The notes beneath the pieces were generated by a model. That model saw only the letters and a list, made by a program, of their open reading frames with translations. It did no database searches and was not told where the DNA came from. The position numbers and the translations under genes were made by a program. From contig JBBRPE010000002.1 in NCBI GenBank assembly GCA_038228545.1, positions 22,426-86,425 of the forward strand: 64,000 nt of DNA, given 5' to 3'. Shown here in pieces: positions 36,395-47,017 of this stretch. The stretch comes from Minisyncoccia bacterium (GTDB taxonomy: Bacteria; Patescibacteriota; Minisyncoccia; Phycocordibacterales; Phycocordibacteraceae). Within the stretch, counting starts at the first letter, position 1, and every line of letters starts with the position of its first letter.

Positions 36395-37855
36395 ATGCAC
36401 TTCTCCATTCCGCTTGAGGTACGCACGGTTACCGATGCCCTGAGAAAGGCCGGCTACGAGGCATATTTGGTCGGTGGCTGCGTCCGTGACCTACTTATAG
36501 GACGAACGCCTAAGGATTGGGATGTAACCACGAACGCGAAGCCAGGGGAGATTCAGGCCATCTTTCCCGAATCCTTTTATGAAAATGATTTTGGAACCGT
36601 TGGTGTAAAGACCGATTCAGAAGATTCAACACTTTCAATCATCGAGGTAACTCCCTATCGAACCGAGACAGGCTACTCAGACAAGCGTCGTCCAGACTCC
36701 GTCGCATTTGGAAATAGCCTCACGGACGATCTGGCCCGGAGAGACTTCACCATTAACGCGATTGCCCTTGATGATTCTAAAGGACAACTTCTTGACCCGT
36801 ATAAAGGACAGGAGGACATTACGGCTAGGGTACTCCGCACCGTTGGCTCCCCTACTGAGCGTTTTGAAGAAGACGCGCTTCGCCTTATGCGTGCAGTCCG
36901 TCTTGTCGCCGAGCTCGGATTTGCCCTTGATGCTGACACTGCAGCTGCAATTAAAGAAAAGGGTCCTAATCTACGATACATTTCACGTGAAAGGATTCGC
37001 GACGAGTTTGTACGTATATTGAATTCAAAAGAGCCTATGATGGCCCTGGTTCTCTGCCAACAGCTTGGAATTCTTGAATATATAGCCCCTGAGCTCACTC
37101 AGGGTATCGGAATCGACCAAAACCAAGCTCACAGTTATGACGTTTTTGGACACCTCATGCGTTCCCTACAACACGCCGCAGATAAGGACTGGGACTTTGA
37201 CACGCGCCTTGCTGCTGTATTTCACGATGTCGCCAAGCCCGAGACACGTCGCTGGTCTGACGAAAAGAAAGATTGGACCTTCCACGGTCACGAGGTTGTA
37301 GGAGCCCGTATGACAAGAAAGGCTTTGGAGGGGCTCAAGTTTCCACGTGAAACTATAGAGCGAGTGAGTAAACTGGTGCGCTGGCACATGTTCTTCTCAG
37401 ACCCTGATCAGATAACCCTTTCGGCGGTTCGACGCATGATTCGGAATGTGGGAGAGGAAAACATTAACGACCTGTTGAATCTGCGTATTTGCGACCGAAT
37501 TGGAACCGGTAGGCCTAAGGAGCAGCCGTTTCGCTTCCGTAAGTACAAAGCCATGGTGGACGAGGCACTTCGCGACCCGATATCAGTTGGTATGCTCAAA
37601 ACTGATGGAAATCGGCTTATGAACGTGTTTCATGTGGCACCCGGCCCACGCATTGGAAATGTACTTAATGCCCTTCTCGAGGAGGTTCTGGAGAGCCCGA
37701 AGTTGAATACGGAGTCTTATTTAGATACCCGAACACATTCCTTGCTAGAACTCAGCGACGACGAATTAAAGAAATTGGGAGATTCAGGTAAGAAGAAGAA
37801 AGAAGCTGAGGAGGAAAAGGAAATAAAGGAAATAATGAGGAAACACCACGTATAG
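36395..37855 (+). CDS. cca: CCA tRNA nucleotidyltransferase with HD domain
   Basis: VGGCVRD, DWDVTT, RRDFTINA, EDALRLMRA, FHDVAK. Confidence 0.93.
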   Translation: MHFSIPLEVRTVTDALRKAGYEAYLVGGCVRDLLIGRTPKDWDVTTNAKPGEIQAIFPESFYENDFGTVGVKTDSEDSTLSIIEVTPYRTETGYSDKRRPDSVAFGNSLTDDLARRDFTINAIALDDSKGQLLDPYKGQEDITARVLRTVGSPTERFEEDALRLMRAVRLVAELGFALDADTAAAIKEKGPNLRYISRERIRDEFVRILNSKEPMMALVLCQQLGILEYIAPELTQGIGIDQNQAHSYDVFGHLMRSLQHAADKDWDFDTRLAAVFHDVAKPETRRWSDEKKDWTFHGHEVVGARMTRKALEGLKFPRETIERVSKLVRWHMFFSDPDQITLSAVRRMIRNVGEENINDLLNLRICDRIGTGRPKEQPFRFRKYKAMVDEALRDPISVGMLKTDGNRLMNVFHVAPGPRIGNVLNALLEEVLESPKLNTESYLDTRTHSLLELSDDELKKLGDSGKKKKEAEEEKEIKEIMRKHHV

Positions 37856-38108
37856 TTCCGTTTCACGTGGAATTTAAGGTCAAAATGGTCTTTTTGGGCC
37901 GTTTTCACGTGAAAAGTACTTAAGACACAAAGAGGCCCTGCACAATGGGCATAAGTTGGTACTTACGTGCATTGGGCAGGGCCTCTGACTATGTTGATGG
38001 TCGACCTCGGTTGAGAGTCTAAAATGGAGCTGGGGCTATGTTTGGTGGCTCTCTGGGGAATTGAGGTCGAATCAACTTCTACTGAACGGTGCGTTTTCAC
38101 GTGGAACT
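36979..38108. other. Cluster of six parS-like palindromes
   Basis: Matches to TGTTTCACGTGAAACA at 36979, 37339, 37626, 37859, 37901, 38093. Confidence 0.65.
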
Positions 38109-38325
38109 CTCCGGGAGGACTCACTTATTTTTCGGGAGATACGCTCCGGTTACGTTAGCCACCGGTTTTTCTACGCTATTCGCTTGATCGAAAGAGCTAT
38201 CAAAGAACTACTTTCCGGGGCACCGTATGAGTCTCACGACCATGCTGCTGCCCCGCTAGAATCCAGTATATTCCTGTCACGGACATTGTAAAGGACAGTA
38301 TAGGTGGATAACTGTCCTTTATGTC

Positions 38326-39120
38326 CTAGAGAGTAATCGAGACAGGGCAGTGGTCTGAGCCCATAGCCTCAGGATGAATTTCGGCAGTCTTTACATGCTT
38401 TGCAAGCTTGTTGGAGACAAATATGTAATCAATACGCCACCCCACATTACGTTCACGTGCGCCACCGAAGTTACTCCACCACGTATATAAGCCGTTTCCT
38501 TCCTTAAACAGGCGAAGTGTATCTTTGAAACCGCCAGCAATTATCTGATCAATACCTTCGCGTTCTTCGCTCGTAAAGCCTTTCTTTCCTTCGTTTTCTT
38601 TGGGGCGCGCAAGGTCTTCCGGAAGGTGAGCTACATTTAAGTCACCGCAAAAAATGACGGGTTTTTCTTCCTCAAGACGCTTCATGTATTCGAGAAATGC
38701 AGGGTCCCAATGCTTGTGGCGAAGATCGAGACGTGACAAATCATCTTTTGCATTTGGTGTATATACCGACACTACATAGAAATCATGCATGTCTGCTGCG
38801 ATAATACGCCCTTCTTCGTTCGGGTCTCCGTAGCTATCGTCCGACAAACCCCATTTCTTTGCGATATCTTCCGGCATGCCGAAGAGCACGTCCTCTGGCG
38901 TCATCTTGCTAAAAATGGCCGTGCCACTGTAGCCCTTACGAGCCTTTGAGGAGCTCCAGAATTCCTCATAGTCAGGAAGATCGAGAGGGGACTGCTCCTG
39001 CTCTGCCTTTGTTTCCTGCAGGCAGAGAATATCGGGCTTATATTTCTTCATAAACGGCATAAAGAGGTCTTTTTTGTGGACCGCCCGAATACCGTTTACA
39101 TTCCATGACACGATACGCAT
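38326..39120 (-). CDS. xth: Exodeoxyribonuclease III / AP endonuclease
   Basis: SWNVNGIRA, LQETK, GDLNVAH, GWRIDY, GSDHCP. Confidence 0.95.
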   Translation of the reverse strand: MRIVSWNVNGIRAVHKKDLFMPFMKKYKPDILCLQETKAEQEQSPLDLPDYEEFWSSSKARKGYSGTAIFSKMTPEDVLFGMPEDIAKKWGLSDDSYGDPNEEGRIIAADMHDFYVVSVYTPNAKDDLSRLDLRHKHWDPAFLEYMKRLEEEKPVIFCGDLNVAHLPEDLARPKENEGKKGFTSEEREGIDQIIAGGFKDTLRLFKEGNGLYTWWSNFGGARERNVGWRIDYIFVSNKLAKHVKTAEIHPEAMGSDHCPVSITL

Positions 39121-39141
39121 GCCACTATTCTACGCTATCGA

Positions 39142-40059
39142 CTATTGCTGACGCGAGTGGAAACGTTTATGTACTTCACGTAGATGCGCGTCGGTAACGT
39201 GCGTGTAAATCTGGGTGGTATTGATAGAGGCATGGCCCAGGAGAGCCTGAACACTGCGTATATCAGCACCATTTGAAAGGAGGTCGGTAGCGAATACGTG
39301 ACGAAGCGTATGAGGGCTTACCTTATTGGTTATTCCGGCTTGTGCAGCGTACTTCTTAATGTGACGCTGGATATCACGTGGTGTGATGCGATGCGGTTTG
39401 GTATCGCGGCCATCTACAAAAAGTGCTTCCTCCATGTCCTTACGGGCCTTCAAATAGGCCGTAACAGAGTCCTTGGCAGCAGGCGAGAGAAATACGACCC
39501 GTACTTTCTCGCCTTTTCCGCGTACCGAAAGGTCGTCGCGAGTGAGATCGATGTCTGAATTGAGTGCACAGAGTTCCGCCACACGAAGCCCTGTTGAGAA
39601 AAGGAGCTCGAGAATGGCGGTATCACGCAGTGCTACTTGCTGTTTGCGCGGCTCATCACTTTTCTTAGCTACGTCTTCCGGTGCTTTCATGAGACGTTCG
39701 AGCTCCGCGGAAGTGATGATATCAATTTGGCGCTCCGGAAGCTTGGCGAGCTCAATTCGTTCGGGATTCAGGCCCTCTACACCGCGTTTACGTAAATACT
39801 TAAGGAAAGCGCGTAGGGCAATGAGGTAGTAATTCTGTGTGCGGCGCTTCATGGTCGCGTTTCCCGTACCTGGCTGGCGGTTAAGCCAAAGGCGGAATTC
39901 ACGGATTTTGTCCTCTGAGATGTCTCCAACGCCCTGAATCTTCATTTGTTCAAAGAAAACCGATAGGTAATGGTCGTAATTTTCGACTGTTTTTACCGCA
40001 CGACCACGCTCAATTTCCGTATATTCGAGGAATTCACGCTTCATCTGTACCGCGTCCAT
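39142..40059 (-). CDS. Xer-family tyrosine recombinase
   Basis: TGLRVAEL, GKGEKVR, HTLRHVFAT, LGHASINTTQIY. Confidence 0.93.
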   Translation of the reverse strand: MDAVQMKREFLEYTEIERGRAVKTVENYDHYLSVFFEQMKIQGVGDISEDKIREFRLWLNRQPGTGNATMKRRTQNYYLIALRAFLKYLRKRGVEGLNPERIELAKLPERQIDIITSAELERLMKAPEDVAKKSDEPRKQQVALRDTAILELLFSTGLRVAELCALNSDIDLTRDDLSVRGKGEKVRVVFLSPAAKDSVTAYLKARKDMEEALFVDGRDTKPHRITPRDIQRHIKKYAAQAGITNKVSPHTLRHVFATDLLSNGADIRSVQALLGHASINTTQIYTHVTDAHLREVHKRFHSRQQ

Positions 40060-40252
40060 ACATGAAGTATATCAGCCAGAGTGCGCACAATAAGTCGTTG
40101 TTGCGAGCAAAATCCTAAGGATTTAGTCGCAAAACGCGTGCCAGGTTGTGCAAACGAACAAGCCTACGCACAATCTGGCTTAGAGCCCGTAGATACTACC
40201 CCTGACCAGGCAACACTTGCGTATATTGGCAAGGTGTGGTAAGGTACATCCA

Positions 40253-40519
40253 ATGCTTACGAAACGAGTGAAGACGTCCGTTATTAAGGACGCCGCACGC
40301 CACGATACGGATTCCGGCTCTGCCGATGTCCAGGTGGCGCTTTTGAGCCGTCAGATTGAAGAGCTTACGAAGCACCTCAAGAAGAATCACAAAGATTTTC
40401 ATAGTCGTCGTGGTCTTCTTCAGATGGTTGCCGACCGTCGCTCACATCTTCGCTACCTAGAGAAGAATGACAAGCGTCGTTACACCTCGCTTATCAAGAA
40501 GCTCGGACTCAAGAAGTAA
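40253..40519 (+). CDS. rpsO: 30S ribosomal protein S15
   Basis: DSGSADVQVA...HKDFHSRRGLL. Confidence 0.96.
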   Translation: MLTKRVKTSVIKDAARHDTDSGSADVQVALLSRQIEELTKHLKKNHKDFHSRRGLLQMVADRRSHLRYLEKNDKRRYTSLIKKLGLKK

Positions 40520-40639
40520 ATCCGGAGAAAATCTCCGGATACTTCGTTTCTCGTTTCGGCGCTCGCTCACCGTATACCATATACGGCTCGCGTAGCTCCT
40601 CACCCGTGCCTCGTCTCCAAAGGTTTTCTCCTAGGATTT
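40518..40639. repeat. Palindromic REP/MITE-like element
   Basis: Ends AAATCC-GGAGAAAA / TTTTCTCC-TA-GGATTT; inner CCGTATA/TATACGG hairpin. Confidence 0.5.
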
Positions 40640-40722
40640 GAGCACCAGTGGGGTAAGCAGGTGCTACCATTCTATTCAGACCACTAGTTTGAGTACGAAT
40701 TTAATAAGTTAGTTTATTTTTT

Positions 40723-41235
40723 ATGCCTGTAATCAAGCATCCAGCGCAACGCGTTGGGGTTTTCATAGATACGCAAAACCTCTACCACAGCGCTAAACAC
40801 CTCTATAAATCACGCGTTAACTTCCAGAAGGTCCTCGAAGAGGCCGTGGGAGACCGCATTCTTGTACGCGCCATTGCCTATGTCATATCGACGGAAAGTG
40901 GTGACGAGACAGCATTCTTTGAGGCTCTGACCAAAATCGGTATCGAAACCAAGGTAAAAGGTCTTCAGATATTCTCTGACGGCGCCAAGAAAGCCGATTG
41001 GGACGTTGGTATCGCTATTGATGCCGTTAAACTTTCACCGAAACTCGATACGGTCATCATTGCGTCGGGCGATGGCGACTTCATCCCGCTCATCGAATAC
41101 CTCGATATGCACGGAGTCCAGGTGGAGGTCATTTCTTTCGGAAAGTCATCTTCAGCGAAACTCAAAGAGGCTGCACACGCATTCACTGATATGTGCGACG
41201 ACCCAAAGAAGTTTCTCATCGGTAGTCGCGGATAA
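40723..41235 (+). CDS. NYN domain protein (LabA/DUF88)
   Basis: FIDTQNL, KADWDVGIAID, SGDGDF. Confidence 0.92.
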   Translation: MPVIKHPAQRVGVFIDTQNLYHSAKHLYKSRVNFQKVLEEAVGDRILVRAIAYVISTESGDETAFFEALTKIGIETKVKGLQIFSDGAKKADWDVGIAIDAVKLSPKLDTVIIASGDGDFIPLIEYLDMHGVQVEVISFGKSSSAKLKEAAHAFTDMCDDPKKFLIGSRG

Positions 41236-41320
41236 TTGCTGTCGCGCAAAATCCCGCATACACGTGTATGCGGGATTTTGTAGTTGAGAGGAGCATGAAG
41301 CGGTTATACTTTTACTATCT

Positions 41321-42784
41321 ATGGCCGACGTACCGTCACCAAATCCGTACATTCGCACCTACGCAAAAGACGTGGCAGAACTTTCCGGAAAAGAGCCGCC
41401 TCCTTCGACTATGCCGGCACCAACAGTAACGGCATCGGCGCCCACAATTTCTACACCTCCACCAACTCCTGTGGAAGCACCCGCACCAAAAGTCGAAGTC
41501 GACCCTCAAGAGGTCGAGCGCGAAGCTGTTCTTGCACGCCTACGCGAGCGTGCCCTGAAAGACCCTGTGCACCAAGCACCAATGCTTCCGCCGACTCTTC
41601 CGATGCCACTTCCTATTGCTGACTCGACAGACGAACAAATCCCCGTGACTCCTGCTCCCGAACCAGTTCCCGTTGTGGAACCAGTACAGGTACCAGCTGC
41701 TGTTGTCATACCACCACCACTTCCACCCCCAGTCATACCGGAGCCTTCAACACTTCCACCCCCACCACAGCCCGAACCGCTTGTGGAAGAGCGACCCATT
41801 CTTCCTATCCCAGAACCCGAGCCCCAAAAGCCCGTATCGCTTGATGGTGTGTCTCCAATACACACCTACAAGAGTGATTTCTCCGACCGCATCGATGTAC
41901 AAGGAGCATCTACATTCTCCGTTCTTGCCGCTCAATCAGACGCAGGAACGCTCTCCGCTACACGTGGGGCAGCTCCCACAAAGAAACGTGGACGCGGAAT
42001 TCTTATAGCGGCAGGCGGTCTCATTCTGATTCTTCTTGGGGGAGCGGGCGCGTATGCAGCGTACCGCTATGTCTCAACACGTTCCGTTGTTGCGATTACT
42101 GCTTTGAACGTGCCCTCGCTCATATTCGCTGACGAGCGCACAGCACTTACTGGCGAGGGGACACAGCTTGTACAGGCTATGGCTGCCTCTGCCGAGACTC
42201 CGCTCCCTGATGGGCAGGTGCGCGTGCTCTACCTCACAGAATCGTCCACCACACCGGACAGGAAGACGACGACCATACCACTTGCCGGAGGAAGGCTTGT
42301 TGGGTCACTGCAACTTTCGGCACCGGACATTCTTCTTCGGAATGTGGCTCCGGAAAGCACCGTCGGCATAGTTCACGCCGGCTCTGAGACACGTGCTTTC
42401 TTTATATTAAAAGTCCTCTCGTACGAACGAACGTTTGCGGGCATGTTGCAGTGGGAAGGAACAATGGAATCGGCACTTGCTATTCTCTACCCTGAATATC
42501 CGGCAGCACCGCTTCCTGCGCCGACGATAGCTACGACAACGACACTTATAAAAGGTAAGCGCGTTGTGGCAACAACGACCGTGCAAGCGGCTCCAGTAGC
42601 CACCATTGCTCCGCGCTTTATAGACGAGGTGGCGTCAAACAATAATGTTCGTGCACTCAAGGATGGGGCAGGGAGAACGATTTTACTCTACGGCTACAAG
42701 GACAAGGACACGCTCGTCATCGCGCGCGACGAGCAGGCGTTTGCGGAGATAGTAAATCGTCTGAGTGCGACAAAGCAACAATAA
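41321..42784 (+). CDS. Proline-rich single-pass membrane protein
   Basis: Pro-rich N-terminal half, KKRGR + TM helix, extracellular domain. Confidence 0.75.
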   Translation: MADVPSPNPYIRTYAKDVAELSGKEPPPSTMPAPTVTASAPTISTPPPTPVEAPAPKVEVDPQEVEREAVLARLRERALKDPVHQAPMLPPTLPMPLPIADSTDEQIPVTPAPEPVPVVEPVQVPAAVVIPPPLPPPVIPEPSTLPPPPQPEPLVEERPILPIPEPEPQKPVSLDGVSPIHTYKSDFSDRIDVQGASTFSVLAAQSDAGTLSATRGAAPTKKRGRGILIAAGGLILILLGGAGAYAAYRYVSTRSVVAITALNVPSLIFADERTALTGEGTQLVQAMAASAETPLPDGQVRVLYLTESSTTPDRKTTTIPLAGGRLVGSLQLSAPDILLRNVAPESTVGIVHAGSETRAFFILKVLSYERTFAGMLQWEGTMESALAILYPEYPAAPLPAPTIATTTTLIKGKRVVATTTVQAAPVATIAPRFIDEVASNNNVRALKDGAGRTILLYGYKDKDTLVIARDEQAFAEIVNRLSATKQQ

Positions 42785-42822
42785 CGTTGCTCGCGACTGC
42801 CCGCGTGCTACAGTAGGGGCCA

Positions 42823-43173
42823 ATGGAAACAACACATTTTCGCGAGCTTTTGGAGGACGAAAAACGCGTACTCGAAGCAGAACTTTCAACTATTGGCCGT
42901 AGGAACCCCAGCAACCCCGCAGATTGGGAAGCGGTACCAAACGAAACGGGACAGGAAGCCGATCCAAACGACCGTGCAGATATCCTCGAGGGCTATGTGG
43001 AAAATGTAGCGATACTGAACGACCTTGAGATTCGTTACAACGATGTGCTCGGCGCACTTGAGCGAATTGAGAAGGGGACCTACGGAGTTTGCACCGTGAG
43101 TGGGGAGACCATAGAACCCGAACGTCTCGCTGCAGATCCTGCGGCGAAAACATGCAGAGCACACATGCAGTAA
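42823..43173 (+). CDS. TraR/DksA family protein
   Basis: DxxDxA tip (DPNDRA), GTYGVC..SGETIEPERL..P; only two zinc-finger Cys. Confidence 0.85.
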   Translation: METTHFRELLEDEKRVLEAELSTIGRRNPSNPADWEAVPNETGQEADPNDRADILEGYVENVAILNDLEIRYNDVLGALERIEKGTYGVCTVSGETIEPERLAADPAAKTCRAHMQ

Positions 43174-43187
43174 CAACAAAAAATACT

Positions 43188-43844
43188 ATGACTACACTCA
43201 CTATTAAGGAATGTCTCGGATTCGGGTGGCGCACTTTCAGGGCACGCCCCTGGTTCTTCGTTCAGGTCGGCGTCGCACTACTTATCGTAAGCATACTCTC
43301 CGGTGTTGTGCAGAGCTTTATTACACAACTACTTGGAACACATACGGGCGGATTCATATCGTTTGTGATTGCCATGGTGATAGACACATTCGTTGCAATG
43401 GGAATTCTTGCGGTATACCTGAAGGCACACGACTCTGTCATGTCACCCTCACTTCAAGAACTCTGGAACCCGGACCCATTCTGGAAATTTCTCGGCGCGA
43501 CCCTCGTGCTCTGTATTATTCTCATGGTCGGATACGTCCTGTTTATCGTTCCAGGACTCATTCTTACGACGATGCTCTACTTCACAACAACACTCGTTAT
43601 TGATAAGAACCTCGGTGCGATTGACGCCCTAAAAGAAAGCGCGCGCATGACGAAAGGGCACCGCTGGCAAATACTCTTCCTCATCCTCGCTATCATCGGG
43701 ATTAACTTACTCGGTGTTGCGGCTCTCGTTGTCGGACTGTTTGTGAGTGTTCCGGTTTCGATACTCGCGATGATTCATGCGTACCGACATCTGGCAGGTG
43801 GGACAGCACAGTCAGCCGACCCCGGCGTAGCCGAAGTCGTATAG
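43188..43844 (+). CDS. Integral membrane protein (DUF975-like)
   Basis: Multiple TMs, LFIVPG and [12 protein letters not shown] motifs. Confidence 0.75.
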   Translation: MTTLTIKECLGFGWRTFRARPWFFVQVGVALLIVSILSGVVQSFITQLLGTHTGGFISFVIAMVIDTFVAMGILAVYLKAHDSVMSPSLQELWNPDPFWKFLGATLVLCIILMVGYVLFIVPGLILTTMLYFTTTLVIDKNLGAIDALKESARMTKGHRWQILFLILAIIGINLLGVAALVVGLFVSVPVSILAMIHAYRHLAGGTAQSADPGVAEVV

Positions 43845-43878
43845 CTTCAAAAAACAGTCTCCGCACGGAGACTGTTTT

Positions 43879-45444
43879 TTGATACGGTACACTGGTGAGG
43901 TGGCAGCTCGCACCACTCCACGCATAGTTGAAACACATGGCTACGGCACTCTTGTCGCAGCGCAACCACTCGGTTCCTCTGCAGAACTCGTTACTATCGA
44001 GGCAGATCTCACGCGCGGGCTTCATTCATTTTCAGTTGTCGGACTGGCGGACAAAGCGATGGAAGAGGCGCGCGACCGTATTAGTGCGGCAATACGCCAT
44101 AGCGGTTTCAAGTCGCCCAAAGCTGAAAACCGCAGGATTGTACTCTCACTCTCTCCGGCCGATTTAAAGAAGGAAGGTTCACACTATGACGTTCCACTTG
44201 CACTCTGCTATCTCGTGGCAAGTGGCAATCTCGTGCTCCCCACTGAGCCAACACTCTTTGCAGGCGAGCTCGCGCTCGATGGAACACTGCGTACGGTACG
44301 TGGCATTTTGCCGCAAGTGATAGCCGCTAAGGCCGCCGGGTTTACTACGGTCTACGTTCCCCCCGGTAACGCAGAGGAAGCCCTGCTCGCAAGCGGTGTC
44401 ACAGTGTATACGCCAGTCTCACTCACTGAACTCGTACACCACCTTACAGGTGAAACACTTCTTGCGCCCCGTGTGCCAACACCGCGTCAGGATTGTTCTG
44501 ATTCGACTACGGACATGTCGCACGTGAAGGGGCAGGAAAGCGCAAAACGAGCGCTTGAGATAGCGGCGGCGGGACGCCATAACATTGTCTTGTACGGTCC
44601 GCCGGGCACCGGAAAGACGATGCTCGCACGAGCACTCGCGAGTATTCTCCCGCCACTTACACCCGACGAAGTGCTTGAGGTGACGGCAATACACTCGACG
44701 GCAGGCATGCTCAAAGGTGGGGCAGTATTCGAGCCTCCGTTCCGCTCGCCGCACCACACTGTTTCTCATACTGCGATGGTAGGAGGAGGTGCATACCCGA
44801 AAGCAGGGGAGGTGACTCTTGCTCATAAGGGTGTCTTATTTCTCGACGAATTTCCTGAATTTGATGTACGCACGCTCGAGGCGCTTCGACAACCACTTGA
44901 AGATAAGACAGTTACCGTCTCCCGGGCCCGTGCGACGATAACATTTCCTGCAGACTGTATGATTGTTGCCGCTATGAATCCGGCAGATACGCTCTCTGCC
45001 GATGCTGAGGTTGCCGTGCGACAAGCTTTGAAACAATCCAGGAAGATTTCACGACCTATAGCAGACCGGCTGGATTTGTGGATAGAAGTCCCGCACGTTC
45101 CACATGAGACTCTCGCAAAGAAAGGAGAAGGTGAGTCTTCAGCCACCGTGCGTGCACGAGTTGCACAGGCACGCTCGCGGGCTGTAGAGCGCACTGCTAA
45201 TCCAAACGCATCAAACGCTTGTCTTTCTGGAAAGGAGCTCGACGAAGCGAGTGGGTTTTCCGGAGAGGCAAAAGAGACTCTCTTGCGTGCAAGTTCGAAA
45301 CTCGACCTTTCTCCGCGTGCGTACCATAGAGTTATGCGCGTTGCCCGAACTATTGCCGACCTTGCTGGGTCGGATTCAGTCGAACCGTCTCACGTCTTAG
45401 AAGCGTTGCAGTACCGTCCGCGCGGTATGTTTGGTTTTGAATAG
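43879..45444 (+). CDS. comM: ComM/YifB Mg-chelatase-like AAA+ helicase
   Basis: [33 protein letters not shown]; exact start uncertain. Confidence 0.92.
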   Translation: MIRYTGEVAARTTPRIVETHGYGTLVAAQPLGSSAELVTIEADLTRGLHSFSVVGLADKAMEEARDRISAAIRHSGFKSPKAENRRIVLSLSPADLKKEGSHYDVPLALCYLVASGNLVLPTEPTLFAGELALDGTLRTVRGILPQVIAAKAAGFTTVYVPPGNAEEALLASGVTVYTPVSLTELVHHLTGETLLAPRVPTPRQDCSDSTTDMSHVKGQESAKRALEIAAAGRHNIVLYGPPGTGKTMLARALASILPPLTPDEVLEVTAIHSTAGMLKGGAVFEPPFRSPHHTVSHTAMVGGGAYPKAGEVTLAHKGVLFLDEFPEFDVRTLEALRQPLEDKTVTVSRARATITFPADCMIVAAMNPADTLSADAEVAVRQALKQSRKISRPIADRLDLWIEVPHVPHETLAKKGEGESSATVRARVAQARSRAVERTANPNASNACLSGKELDEASGFSGEAKETLLRASSKLDLSPRAYHRVMRVARTIADLAGSDSVEPSHVLEALQYRPRGMFGFE

Positions 45445-45456
45445 TAAAAGAACTGC

Positions 45457-46335
45457 ATGACTACGAAGCGCGAATGGATATATACAGGAATAGTCCTTGT
45501 GTTGGCGATACTTACGGTGACCGTTGCGTTCGTACGTATCCTTCCACCTACGCTCGCAGATACGCATGCGCTCAAGGTTTCTTTTCTCGATATCGGCCAA
45601 GGAGATTCAATTCTCATACAGGGTCCGACTGGAATAAAAATGCTCGTTGATGGTGGACCCGATCGCTCCGTACTCCGCGAACTGTCTCACCAGCTTGCCC
45701 CTTGGGATAGACATTTCGATGTACTCGTCGAAACACATCCGGACAAGGACCACATCAGTGGACTCGGGGATGTATTCGAGCGCTACTCAGTTTCAAATTT
45801 TCTTGAGCCCGGAATACCGGATACCACAGCAGTATCGAAACACGTCTTTGACGATGCTATGCACGAGCCTGGTCTCCACCACATCATCGCTCACCGAGGC
45901 ATGCGCATCCATTTAGGCGGCGGGGCGTTCGCAGATGTTTTGTTCCCCGACCGAGATGAGTCAACACAGAAGGCAACCAATGACGGCTCTATCGTCTTGC
46001 ATATCGTGTACGGCTCTACATCGTTCATGCTCACCGGAGATTTGCCGAGTCCGTACGAAGACTACCTAGTGGGACTCGATGGAAACGATGGGGAACTACC
46101 AAGCACTGTCCTTAAGGCCGGGCATCACGGGTCGAAATATTCGAGTGACAGTCTGTGGCTTTCCGCAGTGCATCCGAGTATCGTCGTTATCTCAGCAGGA
46201 AAGGGCAACACGTATGGTCATCCGAATCCTGATGCACTCGCGCGCATTCGAGCAGAAGGCGCGACGATATTTTCAACAATAGACAGTGGAACTATTACGT
46301 TCGTAAGCGATGGCACGAACGTAACGAAGCACTAG
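45457..46335 (+). CDS. ComEC-type metallo-beta-lactamase-fold nuclease
   Basis: DIGQGDS, THPDKDHISG, TGD, GHHGS, YGHP. Confidence 0.9.
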   Translation: MTTKREWIYTGIVLVLAILTVTVAFVRILPPTLADTHALKVSFLDIGQGDSILIQGPTGIKMLVDGGPDRSVLRELSHQLAPWDRHFDVLVETHPDKDHISGLGDVFERYSVSNFLEPGIPDTTAVSKHVFDDAMHEPGLHHIIAHRGMRIHLGGGAFADVLFPDRDESTQKATNDGSIVLHIVYGSTSFMLTGDLPSPYEDYLVGLDGNDGELPSTVLKAGHHGSKYSSDSLWLSAVHPSIVVISAGKGNTYGHPNPDALARIRAEGATIFSTIDSGTITFVSDGTNVTKH

Positions 46336-46922
46336 GCGACAGCAGCGAAGCGCTTTTCGACGACGGTCCAGTTTACGTTATCGAGAAAAGCTTGGACGTA
46401 TGTTTTTTTGTCGGCAGGTGCGTAATCAACCATGTATGCGTGCTCCCACATGTCGAGTGCGAGTATGATAGGTAACCCCGAGAGTTGGCCAAGCTGATGA
46501 TCATCAACCCATGCAGTGTGCAACATTTTTACCGTAGGGTCGTAGTACACAATCGTCCATCCGATACCGCGCGTTCCAGCGACTTCTTGTATGTGTGCAA
46601 TAAAAGCATCTCCACTTCCATAACGTTCTGCTGCTGACTTCGCGAGTGCAGACTCAGAATCACCACCCTTTTCCCCTTCGAACTGCTCGAAATAGTATTC
46701 ATGCATGCGCATGCCATCGAATTCAAAGCCGAGACGGCGTCGCATCTCCGCGATTGCATACGCATTTCCTTCGGCGTCCGCTTCTTTGTACGCGGATATT
46801 TTTTCCATAATAAGATTCACGTGCTTCACGTACCCCTCGTAGAGAGCGAGGTGCACATCAATTTGCTTCTGTGAAAGGCCGGCGAGTTCTGGGAGATTGA
46901 ATTTTTTTGCTTGGTACTGCAT
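46332..46922 (-). CDS. Fe/Mn superoxide dismutase family protein
   Basis: HLALYEGYV, HEYYF, DMWEHAY. Confidence 0.88.
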   Translation of the reverse strand: MQYQAKKFNLPELAGLSQKQIDVHLALYEGYVKHVNLIMEKISAYKEADAEGNAYAIAEMRRRLGFEFDGMRMHEYYFEQFEGEKGGDSESALAKSAAERYGSGDAFIAHIQEVAGTRGIGWTIVYYDPTVKMLHTAWVDDHQLGQLSGLPIILALDMWEHAYMVDYAPADKKTYVQAFLDNVNWTVVEKRFAAVA

Positions 46923-47017
46923 ATACGGATGATTAGTAGTCTCAGTATACTCCTCGTGCATAGAGAGTGGGCGTGGGAAAGAAAGCGCCCCAATACTCGG
47001 GGCGCTTTCTTTCCTGG

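Noticed and set aside
39142-40059. Recombinase as a prophage or island integrase
   Set aside because: Xer-sized, flanked by housekeeping genes, no att duplication or cargo.
41321-41900. Pro-rich low-complexity tract as a tandem repeat (also the NusA tail and 53790-54300)
   Set aside because: Amino-acid compositional bias without nucleotide-level periodicity.
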